Origin: an uncultured archaeon
GTDB lineage: Archaea; Asgardarchaeota; Lokiarchaeia; Sigyniarchaeales; SOKP01
NCBI GenBank assembly: GCA_964632315.1
Contig: CAZWEM010000020.1
Location: 1-64,000 of the forward strand
Length of the DNA: 64,000 nucleotides
Direction of reading: 5' to 3'
Translations under genes and position numbers: made by a program
Part shown: one piece after another, positions 9,709 to 20,809 of the stretch
Position numbering within the stretch: position 1 is the stretch's first letter
Layout: each line of letters starts with the position of its first letter
Notes under the pieces: model-generated
What the model saw: only the letters and a program-made list of their open reading frames with translations
Told to the model about the DNA's origin: nothing
Databases searched by the model: none

Positions 9709-10350
9709 ATGACCTTCTTTCTTATTATTATCATGATATTGTATCTCTTTTATGATTTCAAATATAGGAGGGTTCCTAATTACTATTTCCTTCTATTCTT
9801 GTCAATAGGATTCTTATTTAGTTTATTTGAATTAAGTGTTTACACTGAACAATTTGGAGTTATTTTATTGAATAAGATAATATTTTTTATTGTCTCTCTC
9901 TATGTCATATTCTATTTGTTTCAAATTAAAATATTTGGAGGGGCAGATTGTAAATTCATTATTTTAATCTTTATATTCACTCCTTATTCTGGTTTATCTT
10001 ACAACTTTTACTTATTCTTTTATTTTTTCTTTTCGTTTTTTTATTTTGGATTAATTTCTATATCATATTTTATAAAAAGGGCTAAAAAGAAACATCCTTC
10101 ATTCGATATCTATTTTGAAACACATAATATTCATAAGGTTTTGAAGAAGCATTTTTTTCAAATATATTTCATTTTTATAGATTTTGTTGAGATAAGATCA
10201 ATTAATAAAGATAAATATCATATCGCTAGCTTTGATTTAGTATTTAATTACAGCTCATTTACTCTCCAAGTTTTATTTCAATATCGAGCTCCTTTAGTCC
10301 CATTAATTATATTAGCATATTTTTTATGTTCACTTATAATATTGAATTAA
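9709..10350 (+). CDS. A24 prepilin peptidase (PibD/TadV-like)
   Basis: Polytopic membrane protein with YDFKYRRVPN and FGGADCK (GxGD-type) aspartate motifs, C-terminal PLVPLI. Confidence 0.75.
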   Translation: MTFFLIIIMILYLFYDFKYRRVPNYYFLLFLSIGFLFSLFELSVYTEQFGVILLNKIIFFIVSLYVIFYLFQIKIFGGADCKFIILIFIFTPYSGLSYNFYLFFYFFFSFFYFGLISISYFIKRAKKKHPSFDIYFETHNIHKVLKKHFFQIYFIFIDFVEIRSINKDKYHIASFDLVFNYSSFTLQVLFQYRAPLVPLIILAYFLCSLIILN

Positions 10351-10481
10351 TTTGTATATCTCTTTTTGAAAACTATTATACTCATATAAATTAGCTAAAA
10401 TAAACTAAGCATAGATTTGAATAAAATTTTAAATGTGATGAGTTTTATTAATTTAACAAATAAGACTAGAGAGTAATAAAT

Positions 10482-10862
10482 ATGGAAATTGAAAAGACCA
10501 GAGAAACGACTTGGAAAATCCACTTGAAGGAAAAAAGTGATATTATTGAGATAACTTCTGTCGAAGTAAGTGGCTTAGTAAAGTCGATAAAATTAGCTTT
10601 GAAAACTAAAAACGACAATATTATGGTAGAAATGAATAAAAACGAGTTTTTCAATTTCCTTTCATTAATTCTGGCGTTTAAAGATGTTATCATTGGAGAT
10701 GAAGTAAATTTTATTCAAGATCAATCGCTAAAAAGCGAGGGCTATAATGAAAAATATGAAGATAAAAATCTTGAAACAGAAGACTTCAATGAAGCTTTCA
10801 ATAAGAGTATTGAGAATGAGGAATCAGATGAGTTAAATCCAGAAGAATGGGATCCTTGGTAG
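10482..10862 (+). CDS. Hypothetical protein with acidic tail
   Basis: 126-aa ORF ending in ELNPEEWDPW. Confidence 0.6.
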   Translation: MEIEKTRETTWKIHLKEKSDIIEITSVEVSGLVKSIKLALKTKNDNIMVEMNKNEFFNFLSLILAFKDVIIGDEVNFIQDQSLKSEGYNEKYEDKNLETEDFNEAFNKSIENEESDELNPEEWDPW

Positions 10863-10864
10863 AA

Positions 10865-11368
10865 TTAGGCTTTTTTCTCAATTATAAACTCACACGTTTT
10901 TTCATTCGGATTTTCAATACAACATTTTCTTTCAATAACATTTACGCGGTACAATGCATATTCACCGAATCCGGTTAAAATACCCGTAATATAATAACAG
11001 ATGTACTTCGATTTTGTTGATAATTCATTTGAAATATTAGGGGAAAGTTCAATTATAATTTTATCATCAGAAATTTGCTTTGGAATATAATTACCCCATC
11101 CTTGATTACTCAAAACATTACAAAAATTGTTCACTAAATCATTTAAAGTTTTAGATTTTAGATTTTCATCCCAGTCTTGTATTAAATCCCATCCTGCTTT
11201 TTTTCCAAGCCATACTAAAAGAGATTTCACACCCTCCCCATAAATGGAAGATAACACATCAATGATTTGAGGTGGAAAAAAAATGTATCTATCGTCATAT
11301 AACCGATAAGTGCCTTTCTCATATTTTAAGCCTTTTAATTTCAAATTCCTCATAATTAATAATAACAA
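10865..11368 (-). CDS. V4R-domain protein (TRAPPC3/Bet3-related fold)
   Basis: LGKKAG, QGWG, CYYITGILTG, ERKCC....CEF. Confidence 0.8.
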   Translation of the reverse strand: MLLLIMRNLKLKGLKYEKGTYRLYDDRYIFFPPQIIDVLSSIYGEGVKSLLVWLGKKAGWDLIQDWDENLKSKTLNDLVNNFCNVLSNQGWGNYIPKQISDDKIIIELSPNISNELSTKSKYICYYITGILTGFGEYALYRVNVIERKCCIENPNEKTCEFIIEKKA

Positions 11369-11447
11369 GCCTTTTCATTTATATAATTTTTACTAAGAGT
11401 AAATCAAAGTTGGGACTTTTTATAATTCTAGACGAAACAAATAATAA

Positions 11448-11747
11448 ATGTTTGATTTTAATTTTGTTCTAATTGGAATATTATTGATGATAACTATTTT
11501 TGTAACAATTTTTATTTTCGCAGTTATCTCTTCAGATATCACAAGCATACTCATTTGCATCACTTTTTTCTTGATCTTGTTGCTTCCTTTCACATTTTTG
11601 GTGAATGAATTTACTTTTTTAATAACTGAGCAAAAATATGGCGAGATTTTTTTTCTCAAGATGATCCCATTTTTCTCAACTCTACTAAATATATTCATTG
11701 GACTTTACTTGTTTATTGAAGCCGTCTATATTCAATTTTTTAGTTAA
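11448..11747 (+). CDS. Small membrane protein
   Basis: Three hydrophobic segments. Confidence 0.5.
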   Translation: MFDFNFVLIGILLMITIFVTIFIFAVISSDITSILICITFFLILLLPFTFLVNEFTFLITEQKYGEIFFLKMIPFFSTLLNIFIGLYLFIEAVYIQFFS

Positions 11748-11749
11748 AA

Positions 11750-13258
11750 TTATAAAAAGTAACTAACACTAAAAAAAGATATTATAAATAAAAGAGTATA
11801 TAAAATTACAGTTATTATTATTAAGAAGTTCTTTTGTTCCAAATTTATTATTTTCAAGAAATAGATTGATGAGATTATTAAACTAAATAATAAAATAAGA
11901 TAGATTAATATAACTTGACTTATAGAAACAGAAAGAATTATTTCATATCGGATTTCTATATTATTCAAAAGAATGAAAAATGAAGGAAATATACCTCCAA
12001 TAATTCCTAATATAAACGGTAGTATGAATAAAAATAATATGCCTTTAAATCTTTCGCCTTTAAATATCGTTTCAAGTTTCCTTTCAAGTTTTTGGTGTTG
12101 ATTAAGCAAGTCTAATATCGATAATATTTTGGAAGATGCCTTTAGTGAATTTTTTAGCACTAACTTTTTAATAACCTCTAATATAATAGAATATCTTGTA
12201 GAATCAAGTTCAGATTTCATAATTTCAATTATTCCACTAAAAGTTGTAACAAAATTAATCAAAAATTTTGATTGGTTTTCAATTATATCGTAGAGAAATT
12301 TTAAGTGATTTTTTAACTGTAGGAAAGCATCTATAAAAGCTTTTTCAGGAGATTTTCCATGTTTAAGATTCAGAGAAAAGCTTTTTAAAAAAGTTATTAA
12401 TTCATAGAATTTTACTTTTTCAGATTTCTTATAGTCTTTTATTAACCCTAGAAGGAAAATGTCTTTCTTAATAAAATTTTTATGAAGCATTTTTAAAATA
12501 AGAAAATATAAAGGTAAAATCAACAATAGAATTATCATATTTATTATTTGAAATAAAATTAGAAAACACATTCCAATAGGATAAAAAGTTCCAATAAAAA
12601 AAATAATAGCCAATCTTGATTCAATTTGCTTTATAAAAACTTTAAAATCACGTTCAATAGATCCTTCCATTTGATCCTCTTTGTCTTTAATTTCAAATTT
12701 ATTTAGGAGCATTTCTTTTAAGTATAAATCGAAATCCTCAGAAAAAGTTATTACTTGATCTAAATATTTCTCTGGAGTAAGGCCTTCTTGAATTAATCTA
12801 AGCACTTCTTTAAATGAACCGGTTATCAAACTATCAAATTCTCTGATTAGAGAGATAAATGCTAAAGTTTTATCTGAATTAAATTCTAATGAGTTTTGAA
12901 TTAGAGAATAATAGATCTTAATTAAATGTAAAATTGCGTTGATTTTCGAACCTTCCTTTTTTACAAATCTAAAAATTTTAGTATTGAACCAATATGAGAT
13001 TAATGTCGAAATGATGAAAGAAATGAAAAGAAAAATGAATTTTGCAAAATCAGGCACTAAGATTGAAATAGATAATAAGATGAGATTAATAGTGAGATAT
13101 AAGAATAAAGTGGCTTTATTCACATCTTCGCAATGAACATTGAAATACTTCTGATAAATTAATTTTGTCCTAACATCAAATTCTTTGAATTTAATACTTG
13201 GGAATTTTGATTTATGAAAAGCACGGCAGAATTTGAGGTAAGAGGTTGAGATCTTCAT
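11750..13258 (-). CDS. Type IV pilus/T2SS membrane platform protein (fused TadB/TadC or FlaJ-like)
   Basis: Two repeats of a cytoplasmic domain (GLTPEK / GKSPEKA) each followed by TM helices; downstream of a secretion ATPase. Confidence 0.7.
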   Translation of the reverse strand: MKISTSYLKFCRAFHKSKFPSIKFKEFDVRTKLIYQKYFNVHCEDVNKATLFLYLTINLILLSISILVPDFAKFIFLFISFIISTLISYWFNTKIFRFVKKEGSKINAILHLIKIYYSLIQNSLEFNSDKTLAFISLIREFDSLITGSFKEVLRLIQEGLTPEKYLDQVITFSEDFDLYLKEMLLNKFEIKDKEDQMEGSIERDFKVFIKQIESRLAIIFFIGTFYPIGMCFLILFQIINMIILLLILPLYFLILKMLHKNFIKKDIFLLGLIKDYKKSEKVKFYELITFLKSFSLNLKHGKSPEKAFIDAFLQLKNHLKFLYDIIENQSKFLINFVTTFSGIIEIMKSELDSTRYSIILEVIKKLVLKNSLKASSKILSILDLLNQHQKLERKLETIFKGERFKGILFLFILPFILGIIGGIFPSFFILLNNIEIRYEIILSVSISQVILIYLILLFSLIISSIYFLKIINLEQKNFLIIITVILYTLLFIISFFSVSYFL

Positions 13259-13268
13259 TAATTATCAA

Positions 13269-13688
13269 TTATTGTTTTATAAATAGTACTTTCAATAATT
13301 CTAATTCGAAATAGATCTTTAAACTATATTTCTGGGAGGGAAAGTCTTTATATTCAGTATTAAAGAAATTCTTTGAATATGAATTGTGTTTAGAGACTAT
13401 ATTGCTATCGACTTTAAAGTAAAAACTTATTTCATTTTTTGAGATTGAAATATTCATATATGAAGGAAAATCGATTAGCTCACTAAATTCATTCTTTGGA
13501 TTTGCTATTACATAATATACTCCTGCATCGACCTTGTCAATAAAATCATTATAACTTTCTAACGTTTTCTTATCATTTATATAATTTTTGAGAGATACAT
13601 TAAGAAAAGGTGCAATGACCGAGAGAAATATTATTAAAGAAAATACTCCGAATCCAATAATTAATGATTTTTCAACTAAATTTGACAT
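13269..13688 (-). CDS. Pilin-like protein lacking a leader peptide
   Basis: N-terminus SNLVEKSLIIGFGVFSLIIF matches the mature N-terminus of the Flp pilin at 25514; lies between ATPase and platform genes. Confidence 0.6.
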   Translation of the reverse strand: MSNLVEKSLIIGFGVFSLIIFLSVIAPFLNVSLKNYINDKKTLESYNDFIDKVDAGVYYVIANPKNEFSELIDFPSYMNISISKNEISFYFKVDSNIVSKHNSYSKNFFNTEYKDFPSQKYSLKIYFELELLKVLFIKQ

Positions 13689-13700
13689 ATATTAATTTTT

Positions 13701-15860
13701 TTAGTTTAAAGGATTTAAATTCCTCTGTTTCCAATTAAACCAAAATTTTTCAATCTTTTGACTAGATTTGAAGGATAGATATGAGATAATATCAAAAAGT
13801 TTAACCAATTCTTCATTATTGATTTTTTTAATTTTCTTTAGAGTGCTAAATATATCTTCATAAACATTTAAAATGGAAAAGAAAGATTCCTTACTAATAT
13901 CCTCATATCTACCGAGTTTACTAATAATTTTTGATTCAAAGAGGTCAGACTTCAATTTATGCTTTTTTAAGCGGGGTTTGTAGGAAAAAATCTCATTGAT
14001 ATGAATATTATCTTTATCTACTTCTGAGATTGAAACGATTTTTCTTTGACTATTAGAATTCTTCATTAAAATTAATAGATCTAAATCGCTTAAACAACTT
14101 CTATCTATTCTAAAATGGAATAAAAAGCGATTGATCAACGCCTCTAAATCATTGGCATGTATAGTTTGAAATCCTTTTAAACCAGCAGCTAAACAATGAA
14201 ACATCGCTTTAGCTTCATCTTTGGTCAGAATCTCTCCCAAATAGATGATATCTGGAGTACGATGTAACAATGTCTTTATTTGATTTTGTTTTGAAAACTT
14301 TTGGTTAGTATAAGCCCCAGAATCCACCCTAAATTTCAGTTGATGTCTTCCATATTTCAGTTGATTTAAAGACTCAGTGATATCCTCAATATATATTTTC
14401 CTGAATTCCCGTGGAGTTATTAAATCTAATGCATTGATTAATGTTGTTTTTCCTGTATTAGTTTCACCGGTAACCGTAAAATTAACTCGTCTCAACACGT
14501 TAAAATATATAAAAGCTGCCATTTCTGGATTTAGCGTATTATTTTTTAGTAAATCTTGAATTGTCATAATATTTTTATTTAACTTCCTAATATCGAGTGC
14601 AAATCCATTTGGAACAATTGGAGAGATATCAAGTGCAATTCTACAATAAAAAAGTTTATTTTTGATTACTAGTTTATTACTTGGACTTGAATAATCTAAT
14701 CTTTGATTACTATATATCCTTATAAAGGTTTTCATTCTTTCAACTTCAATATCATTAAATGAAATATTAGTCCTGCATTTCCCGTATTTTTGATGAATTA
14801 AATATAGTTTTTCATGGGGGGAATCCAAGAAAATTTCTTCAACAAAATCATCAATCAAAAAAGGAAAAATTTTGAAAAGGTTTAATCTTCTAAGGGAAGC
14901 ATATAATGCTAATCTAATTGCTTCATTGTCTGAAATTCTGTACTTATGTTTGATGTATTCAAGAGCTTTATTACAGTAAATTTCTAATAATTCTTCAAAT
15001 TGTATAATTTCATTAATATCTATTAGTTCGAAATTAAGATTAATATCATTAATTAGACTCTTTAAATATTTTCCGTTAAATTCTTGAGGGAGATTAAGAT
15101 TATATTCATAAAATTTCTCTGATTCATTATTAATTTCAAAAATGCATATTTTATATTCATTTCTATTACCTATATTATAACTGGCAATTTTTTTGTTCTT
15201 AAGGAAATTATACGTTTTTTGAATAGCCTTTTTCGATTTTATAAAATCTTTTTGAAAAAGTTGTTGATAAAACCTTGTTCTATTATTTAGGTTGGATTCA
15301 GATTTATACTCGATATAATGCTTAATTATGTGAAACTTATGAAGGATCTCTATTATTTTATTTAGATGAACTTCCAATTTAACAAGACAGCTTTCACAAA
15401 CTGAATCATATATCTTATCAGAGTTAATTAGATTTTTAATTTCATTTAATTTCTCATAAAAGTGAATTGGATCATCAATAAACTTTTTAAGATCAAAAAT
15501 GTCATATCTTAATGAATCTATAATTTTGCATTCAAATTCTTTATATTTACACTTATCAAAAGAGTTAATTTTAGTTAGTTCTTTTGTTAATTTTTCTTGA
15601 TTCAAAAAATATGATTTTAAATCTCCAATTTCACCTGATCCAAATAATTTCTCCTGATATTTTAACGAAATTTTAAAGAATTTGAGATTTTTATGTTGTT
15701 TTATTGCGCTTAATATGCACTTGACACAATTAATACTAAAATTAGCATTTCTGGAAAAATGAGCACAATCACGACATTCAAGGACCATTAATTTTGCTTG
15801 TGAATTATCAAAATCTGATTTTTCTGCAATAAATGAATTTCCCTTAAACTTAATTTCCAT
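13701..15860 (-). CDS. Type II/IV secretion (TadA/CpaF/VirB11-family) ATPase with Cys-rich N-terminal extension
   Basis: DIRK, Walker A GETNTGKTT, IED..E, LHRTPDIIYLGEI, TIHA. Confidence 0.9.
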   Translation of the reverse strand: MEIKFKGNSFIAEKSDFDNSQAKLMVLECRDCAHFSRNANFSINCVKCILSAIKQHKNLKFFKISLKYQEKLFGSGEIGDLKSYFLNQEKLTKELTKINSFDKCKYKEFECKIIDSLRYDIFDLKKFIDDPIHFYEKLNEIKNLINSDKIYDSVCESCLVKLEVHLNKIIEILHKFHIIKHYIEYKSESNLNNRTRFYQQLFQKDFIKSKKAIQKTYNFLKNKKIASYNIGNRNEYKICIFEINNESEKFYEYNLNLPQEFNGKYLKSLINDINLNFELIDINEIIQFEELLEIYCNKALEYIKHKYRISDNEAIRLALYASLRRLNLFKIFPFLIDDFVEEIFLDSPHEKLYLIHQKYGKCRTNISFNDIEVERMKTFIRIYSNQRLDYSSPSNKLVIKNKLFYCRIALDISPIVPNGFALDIRKLNKNIMTIQDLLKNNTLNPEMAAFIYFNVLRRVNFTVTGETNTGKTTLINALDLITPREFRKIYIEDITESLNQLKYGRHQLKFRVDSGAYTNQKFSKQNQIKTLLHRTPDIIYLGEILTKDEAKAMFHCLAAGLKGFQTIHANDLEALINRFLFHFRIDRSCLSDLDLLILMKNSNSQRKIVSISEVDKDNIHINEIFSYKPRLKKHKLKSDLFESKIISKLGRYEDISKESFFSILNVYEDIFSTLKKIKKINNEELVKLFDIISYLSFKSSQKIEKFWFNWKQRNLNPLN

Positions 15861-15975
15861 AAAATGAATTCAAATTTAATTTATAAAAACTACTTGTTTA
15901 TGATGTGTATACTCCTAATTTGATTAGAATAAAAAAGTTTTTTTATCTTGATTAATTTAAATTTTCAAAGTTCAC

Positions 15976-17004
15976 GTGATTAATATGGCTCATCGTAAAA
16001 AGCACGCTCCTAGACATGGATCATTAGCGTTTCTTCCAAGAAAAAGAGCTGCTGTAATTAAGGGTAGAATTAGACATTGGAATCAAATAGGGGAACAAAT
16101 TAATTTTCTTGGTTTTGCTGGATTCAAAGCAGGTATGACTCATATTACATATATTGAAGATCAGAAAAACAGTCCTTATTATGGAAAAGAAATAATGAAA
16201 TCAGTATCAGTTATTGAAGTCCCTCCTTTAATCTTAATAGGGATCAGAATTTACAATGAGGACCAATATGGAAAATATATCATTGGAGAGATTTTTACAC
16301 AAAACTCAAATAACTTTTTGAATCGTAAAATAAGCATCCCAAATCCTGAAAAATACGATTTTGATAAAGCTAAAGCAAATTTATTGAACAATATTAATAA
16401 TACAAGTGAAATAAGAGGGATTTTTCAATCTCAACCACATTTAACATCATTACCACGTAAAACCCCTGATATAATCGAAATAACATTAAATTCCTCTAGA
16501 GATCCTAATGAAGATTTTAATTACGTTCTTGAAAAATTAGGAGAAGAAATTCGCGCAAGAGATGTATTTCAAGAAGGAGAATTAGTGGATATCATCGCTG
16601 TTACTAAAGGAAAAGGTTTTCAAGGACCTGTAAAAAGATTTGGAGTTAAATTGTTACCTAGAAAAAATAGTAAAATTAAACGAGCGGTTGCTTGCATTGG
16701 TCCATGGCATCCTGCTCGAGTGCTATATACAGTTCCAAGAGCAGGTCAGCTTGGATTCCATCAACGAACAGAATATCATAAAAGGATTATGGTCATTGGT
16801 GAAAACGAGGAGGAAATTAATCCAAAAGGAGGATTTTTAAATTATGGACGAATTAAAGGAGATTATCTCGTTGTTTTAGGTTCTATTCCTGGTCCTAAAA
16901 AAAGATTAATAAGAATAAGAAAATCTATTCGTGAAGTTAAATCTTTTGAAGTTCAAATACCTGAAATTACATTCATTAATAGAGAAAGCCAACAAAGAAA
17001 ATAA
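15976..17004 (+). CDS. rpl3: 50S ribosomal protein L3 (likely start ATG 15985)
   Basis: APRHGSLAFLPRKRA, GFKAGMTH, TKGKGFQGPVKRFG. Confidence 0.98.
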   Translation: MINMAHRKKHAPRHGSLAFLPRKRAAVIKGRIRHWNQIGEQINFLGFAGFKAGMTHITYIEDQKNSPYYGKEIMKSVSVIEVPPLILIGIRIYNEDQYGKYIIGEIFTQNSNNFLNRKISIPNPEKYDFDKAKANLLNNINNTSEIRGIFQSQPHLTSLPRKTPDIIEITLNSSRDPNEDFNYVLEKLGEEIRARDVFQEGELVDIIAVTKGKGFQGPVKRFGVKLLPRKNSKIKRAVACIGPWHPARVLYTVPRAGQLGFHQRTEYHKRIMVIGENEEEINPKGGFLNYGRIKGDYLVVLGSIPGPKKRLIRIRKSIREVKSFEVQIPEITFINRESQQRK

Positions 17005-17017
17005 TTAGTGTGTATTT

Positions 17018-17797
17018 ATGGAAAAAGTAAATATTTATAATTTGGATGGTCAAAGTAAAGGTTCTATTGAGGTTCCCTCAATCTTTAAATTCAAACCCAG
17101 ACTAGATCTAGTTCAAATTGCATCAGAGGCATTTATAACTAAAAACAAACAGAAACAAGGACGAGATAAAAGAGCTGGTCTAAGAAATACTGCTGAAGGG
17201 TGGGGAACTGGGCATGCCATGTCTAGAGCACCTAGAATTAAAGGTTCTGGATTTCAAACCGCAAGAAATGTTGGAAGGGTTCCATTCGCAAAAGGAGGGA
17301 GAATAGCTCATCCTATTAAAAATGAAAGAAAGATTATTAAGAAACTGAATAGTAAAGTAAAAAAACTTTCAATTTATTCTGCTATTTCTGCTTCAGGGCA
17401 AACTAAATGGCTAGAAAATCGTGGTCATATTATTTCAGACGTCCCACAAATTCCTTTAGTCATTGACGATAAGGTTCAAACAATTAAAAAGACTAAGGAT
17501 ATCTTTTTAGTTTTATGTGAATTAGGTTTGAAAAAGGAACTCTTAAAAACAAAGAAGGCAAAAAAAGTACGAGCTGGTAAAGGAAAAAGACGAGGGCGAA
17601 AATATAAGTCTTCAAAAGGTCCTTTATTGGTGATAAAAGAGGATTATGGGATAATAAAGGCCATAAAGAACATTCCTGGACTTGATGCGGCAAAAATTGA
17701 AAATTTATCAATTGATTTACTTGCTCCAGGTGCAATGTTAGGAAGATTTGTTATATGGACTCAATCAGCATTTAATGAACTTAATAATTATTTTTAG
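17018..17797 (+). CDS. rpl4: 50S ribosomal protein L4
   Basis: AEGWGTG..MSRAPR, RAGKGKRRGRKY, LLAPGA..GR. Confidence 0.98.
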   Translation: MEKVNIYNLDGQSKGSIEVPSIFKFKPRLDLVQIASEAFITKNKQKQGRDKRAGLRNTAEGWGTGHAMSRAPRIKGSGFQTARNVGRVPFAKGGRIAHPIKNERKIIKKLNSKVKKLSIYSAISASGQTKWLENRGHIISDVPQIPLVIDDKVQTIKKTKDIFLVLCELGLKKELLKTKKAKKVRAGKGKRRGRKYKSSKGPLLVIKEDYGIIKAIKNIPGLDAAKIENLSIDLLAPGAMLGRFVIWTQSAFNELNNYF

Positions 17798-17808
17798 ATG
17801 TGTAAAAA

Positions 17809-18072
17809 ATGGAAAGATATTATAAAGTGGTAAAAAGACCATTAATTACCGAAAAAACATTTGATCTTATTGAAAGAGAAAATAAATTGGTTTTTTTAGT
17901 TGACAGAAAGGCAAATAAGAACCAAATTAAACGTGCCTTAGAAAAGATTCATAATGTTAAAATAATAAAAGTAAATACCCTTATCACACCTTTAGGGAAG
18001 AAGAAGGCATTTATTAAATTACACCCAGATTACTCCGCTCAAGATATTGCAATCGATCTCGGAATATTTTAA
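17809..18072 (+). CDS. rpl23: 50S ribosomal protein L23
   Basis: [29 protein letters not shown]. Confidence 0.98.
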   Translation: MERYYKVVKRPLITEKTFDLIERENKLVFLVDRKANKNQIKRALEKIHNVKIIKVNTLITPLGKKKAFIKLHPDYSAQDIAIDLGIF

Positions 18073-19166
18073 TTTATTTTTAGAATACTATAATTAAATT
18101 CAACTAGGTCTTTCATTCTCAAAATCCGTAAATCCTCTAATTTTTTTATCTGATTAAAATTCATTATATAAGTATATTCCCCTTCATTCAGAAATAATAT
18201 CATTATTCTATATTTTGGATAATATTTTTTTATTAAGCTTGATAATAAGTCCAAATCTAATTTTTCCACTATAATAAATAGTGTATGATCTTCGATGAAA
18301 AAGAGCTGCTCATTTATTTGGTAATAACTAATCTCATTCTTATCAAATTTCCCGAGTAAGTCATTCACTATTAATTTATATTCAAAATCTTTATTATAAT
18401 CCAAAAAGAAGTGCGAAGTTTGGTGAAACATTTTAGATGATGGAAAAGTTCTTCTCCAAAGTAAATTCATTATATGCTTTAACTGAATCTTTAATTTGTT
18501 TACTAGAGATTGAGTAAAAAAGTTATTGATTTCTTCATCTAAATCAATCAATTCATTTTTTTGATTTAAGTATTCAATCAATATACCATAGTTAGAGATT
18601 AAATTGAAACGATCTATATGAAAATTAAAATAAATTACAAATTTTTTTCCTAAATCTCTAAGATATTTGATGAAATTCTCAAATAAATTTTTATACTCAA
18701 CAAAAAGAGATAGATTAAGCTCAAAAATCCTTAATACCTGAGCATTGATTTGATCATTAATAGTGATTGTATTCACCGATTTATTTCTGGATAATCTTGA
18801 ATTTAGCTCTTGGGAAAGGATTTCAAAAAAGGTTATTTTTAATATCTTTTTTTTTAAGAATAAATTTTTAAATTTCAGATTTTTTAGCTCCTGCTCGATT
18901 AAATTGTATGCTTTAATAATCCCCGCTTTAGTACCTTTAAAGTTAATAATAAAAGAATCTTGCCTTTCTTTATTTATCATAATCTGCCAAGAAAAATACT
19001 CAAAATACTGTTTTTCGAGCATTTTAGTCAAGATAGGGAGAATTTTATTGAAATTTGAAGTACATAGAACGGTAAAAGCTGTCATCATTTGTTTTGGACC
19101 CTTATAAAAGATTAGATGATCTTCAATTAAATATGAAGCGAATTTGAATTTCCCTTTTTTAGTCAT
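18069..19166 (-). CDS. Hypothetical protein
   Basis: 365-aa ORF convergent with rpl23; no motif recognised. Confidence 0.6.
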   Translation of the reverse strand: MTKKGKFKFASYLIEDHLIFYKGPKQMMTAFTVLCTSNFNKILPILTKMLEKQYFEYFSWQIMINKERQDSFIINFKGTKAGIIKAYNLIEQELKNLKFKNLFLKKKILKITFFEILSQELNSRLSRNKSVNTITINDQINAQVLRIFELNLSLFVEYKNLFENFIKYLRDLGKKFVIYFNFHIDRFNLISNYGILIEYLNQKNELIDLDEEINNFFTQSLVNKLKIQLKHIMNLLWRRTFPSSKMFHQTSHFFLDYNKDFEYKLIVNDLLGKFDKNEISYYQINEQLFFIEDHTLFIIVEKLDLDLLSSLIKKYYPKYRIMILFLNEGEYTYIMNFNQIKKLEDLRILRMKDLVEFNYSILKIN

Positions 19167-19343
19167 CTCATAGTAAGTTATACCAAAGATTATTTAAACC
19201 AATCCTTTTTCTCGTAAAAAGCGCGTTTTTATCAATGCGATTTCTCTTAATTTGGTTAATCCTTAGTAAATTTATCAGTAATTAGAGATAAAACCTTTTA
19301 AACATTATAGCTTTATTATTCTAATTAGAAGATCTCGAAAAAA

Positions 19344-20585
19344 ATGTTAAATATAGTCAGAAAATTCTTTTTAACTAAGAATCCTGATATAATGGTCAAA
19401 GCTCCTTCACGAATTAATTTAATTAATCCATTGGATGCCGTTGAAGGAGATTATTGGATGCCCGCTGTAGCTATTAATGGCTATAAAAATCCCCTCTCTA
19501 CTTTTGTCTATATAAAGAGAATTAATTTACCTAGTTGCTACAACATTTATGAGTTTAAAGATAATGCAATTGAATTGATCAGTAGTACCTTGATTGAAAC
19601 TGAGAAATTAAAATTAAGAGAGGCAATCGAAAAAAAGAGAGATTTAATAAAAGCAACTATCTTTAGATTTTCTCAAACCCATCCTGGTTTTTGGGAAAAT
19701 TTTTTCAAAGAAAATTTAGAAATAGGAATCTTAACAACAATACCACGCCAGAGTGGTTTAGGTGGAAGCGCTTCAATCATTATTGCAATAATATATGCCT
19801 TAGCTAAATTTCTCAATTTATACAATTTGATTGACAATAATTTGCCTATCAACAAAGATACTATCGCTGAAATGGCAACTAGAGTAGAAGATTTTGATTT
19901 AAAGATTTCTGCTGGATATTCAGATAGATATGCTATAAGTAGGGGTGGTTTATCATTCTGTTCATACGTAGGAAAATTATTACATAGTGAACTTGGTGAA
20001 GAACCTTTAGCAGTTTATGACAGGATTGATAAGACTTATAAAATAAAAAGCCTACCAATAATTGTATGCCATTCAGGGATAATTCATAATAGTGGTTCGA
20101 TTCATAGCCAATTAAGAAAAGCTTACCTTGAAAAAAACAGTGCAATAGAGAATCTTTATAGACAAATTGCTAATATTTCTTGGAAATCTCGATACGCAAT
20201 TATGAAGCGAGATTGGAAATTATTGGGATTATATTTTAAAGAAAATACTAATGTTATGAATCGTGTTATGAAAATTGCTGGTTTTCCTTATGGAATCGGA
20301 TCTGCGAACAATATATTGATAGAATTAATTCAAGACCATTCAGATGTATATGCTGCTAAATTAACCGGAGCTGGAGGAGGTGGTAGTGTATTTGCACTAA
20401 CGAAAAGTTCTAAAGTTAAGGATGTTTTATTATATTGGAAAAATAAATTAATTGAAGTTACTACTGAAAAGGAAATTTTTAGATCAAAATTTCCTAATTA
20501 CCCAGAAGAGATTCGAATAAAGTTATCAAGTGCTCAATTTTTTCAAATTAAAATTGATAAGGCAGGAGTGAAAGAATTTTTTTGA
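19344..20585 (+). CDS. GHMP-family kinase (HddA/sugar-kinase-like)
   Basis: KAPSRINL, PRQSGLGGSAS, GYSDRY, KLTGAGGGGS. Confidence 0.88.
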   Translation: MLNIVRKFFLTKNPDIMVKAPSRINLINPLDAVEGDYWMPAVAINGYKNPLSTFVYIKRINLPSCYNIYEFKDNAIELISSTLIETEKLKLREAIEKKRDLIKATIFRFSQTHPGFWENFFKENLEIGILTTIPRQSGLGGSASIIIAIIYALAKFLNLYNLIDNNLPINKDTIAEMATRVEDFDLKISAGYSDRYAISRGGLSFCSYVGKLLHSELGEEPLAVYDRIDKTYKIKSLPIIVCHSGIIHNSGSIHSQLRKAYLEKNSAIENLYRQIANISWKSRYAIMKRDWKLLGLYFKENTNVMNRVMKIAGFPYGIGSANNILIELIQDHSDVYAAKLTGAGGGGSVFALTKSSKVKDVLLYWKNKLIEVTTEKEIFRSKFPNYPEEIRIKLSSAQFFQIKIDKAGVKEFF

Positions 20586-20605
20586 TAGAAAAATAGGGAT
20601 CGAAA

Positions 20606-20791
20606 ATGAGTAAATTTGATAGATACAAAAAAAAAGAAGAAATTTACATTTATCCTCATACACATTGTGAAAAATGTGGGGCAATGATAGAGGGCTCGCA
20701 TAAATATTGTTCTGAATGTTATGAAAAAATGAATCAGAAAAAGAAAAGAAAGTGGTTTAGATTTAAAAGACAGAAAAAATCCCAAAATTAA
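20606..20791 (+). CDS. Small Zn-ribbon protein (DUF2116-like)
   Basis: PHTHCEKCG..I....YCSEC followed by basic tail. Confidence 0.65.
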   Translation: MSKFDRYKKKEEIYIYPHTHCEKCGAMIEGSHKYCSECYEKMNQKKKRKWFRFKRQKKSQN

Positions 20792-20809
20792 GCATAAAAT
20801 TACCTCTTT

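Noticed and set aside
19216-19232. Near-palindrome TAAAAAGCGCGTTTTTA between divergent genes
   Set aside because: Single copy, mostly A/T runs; could be an operator but cannot be supported
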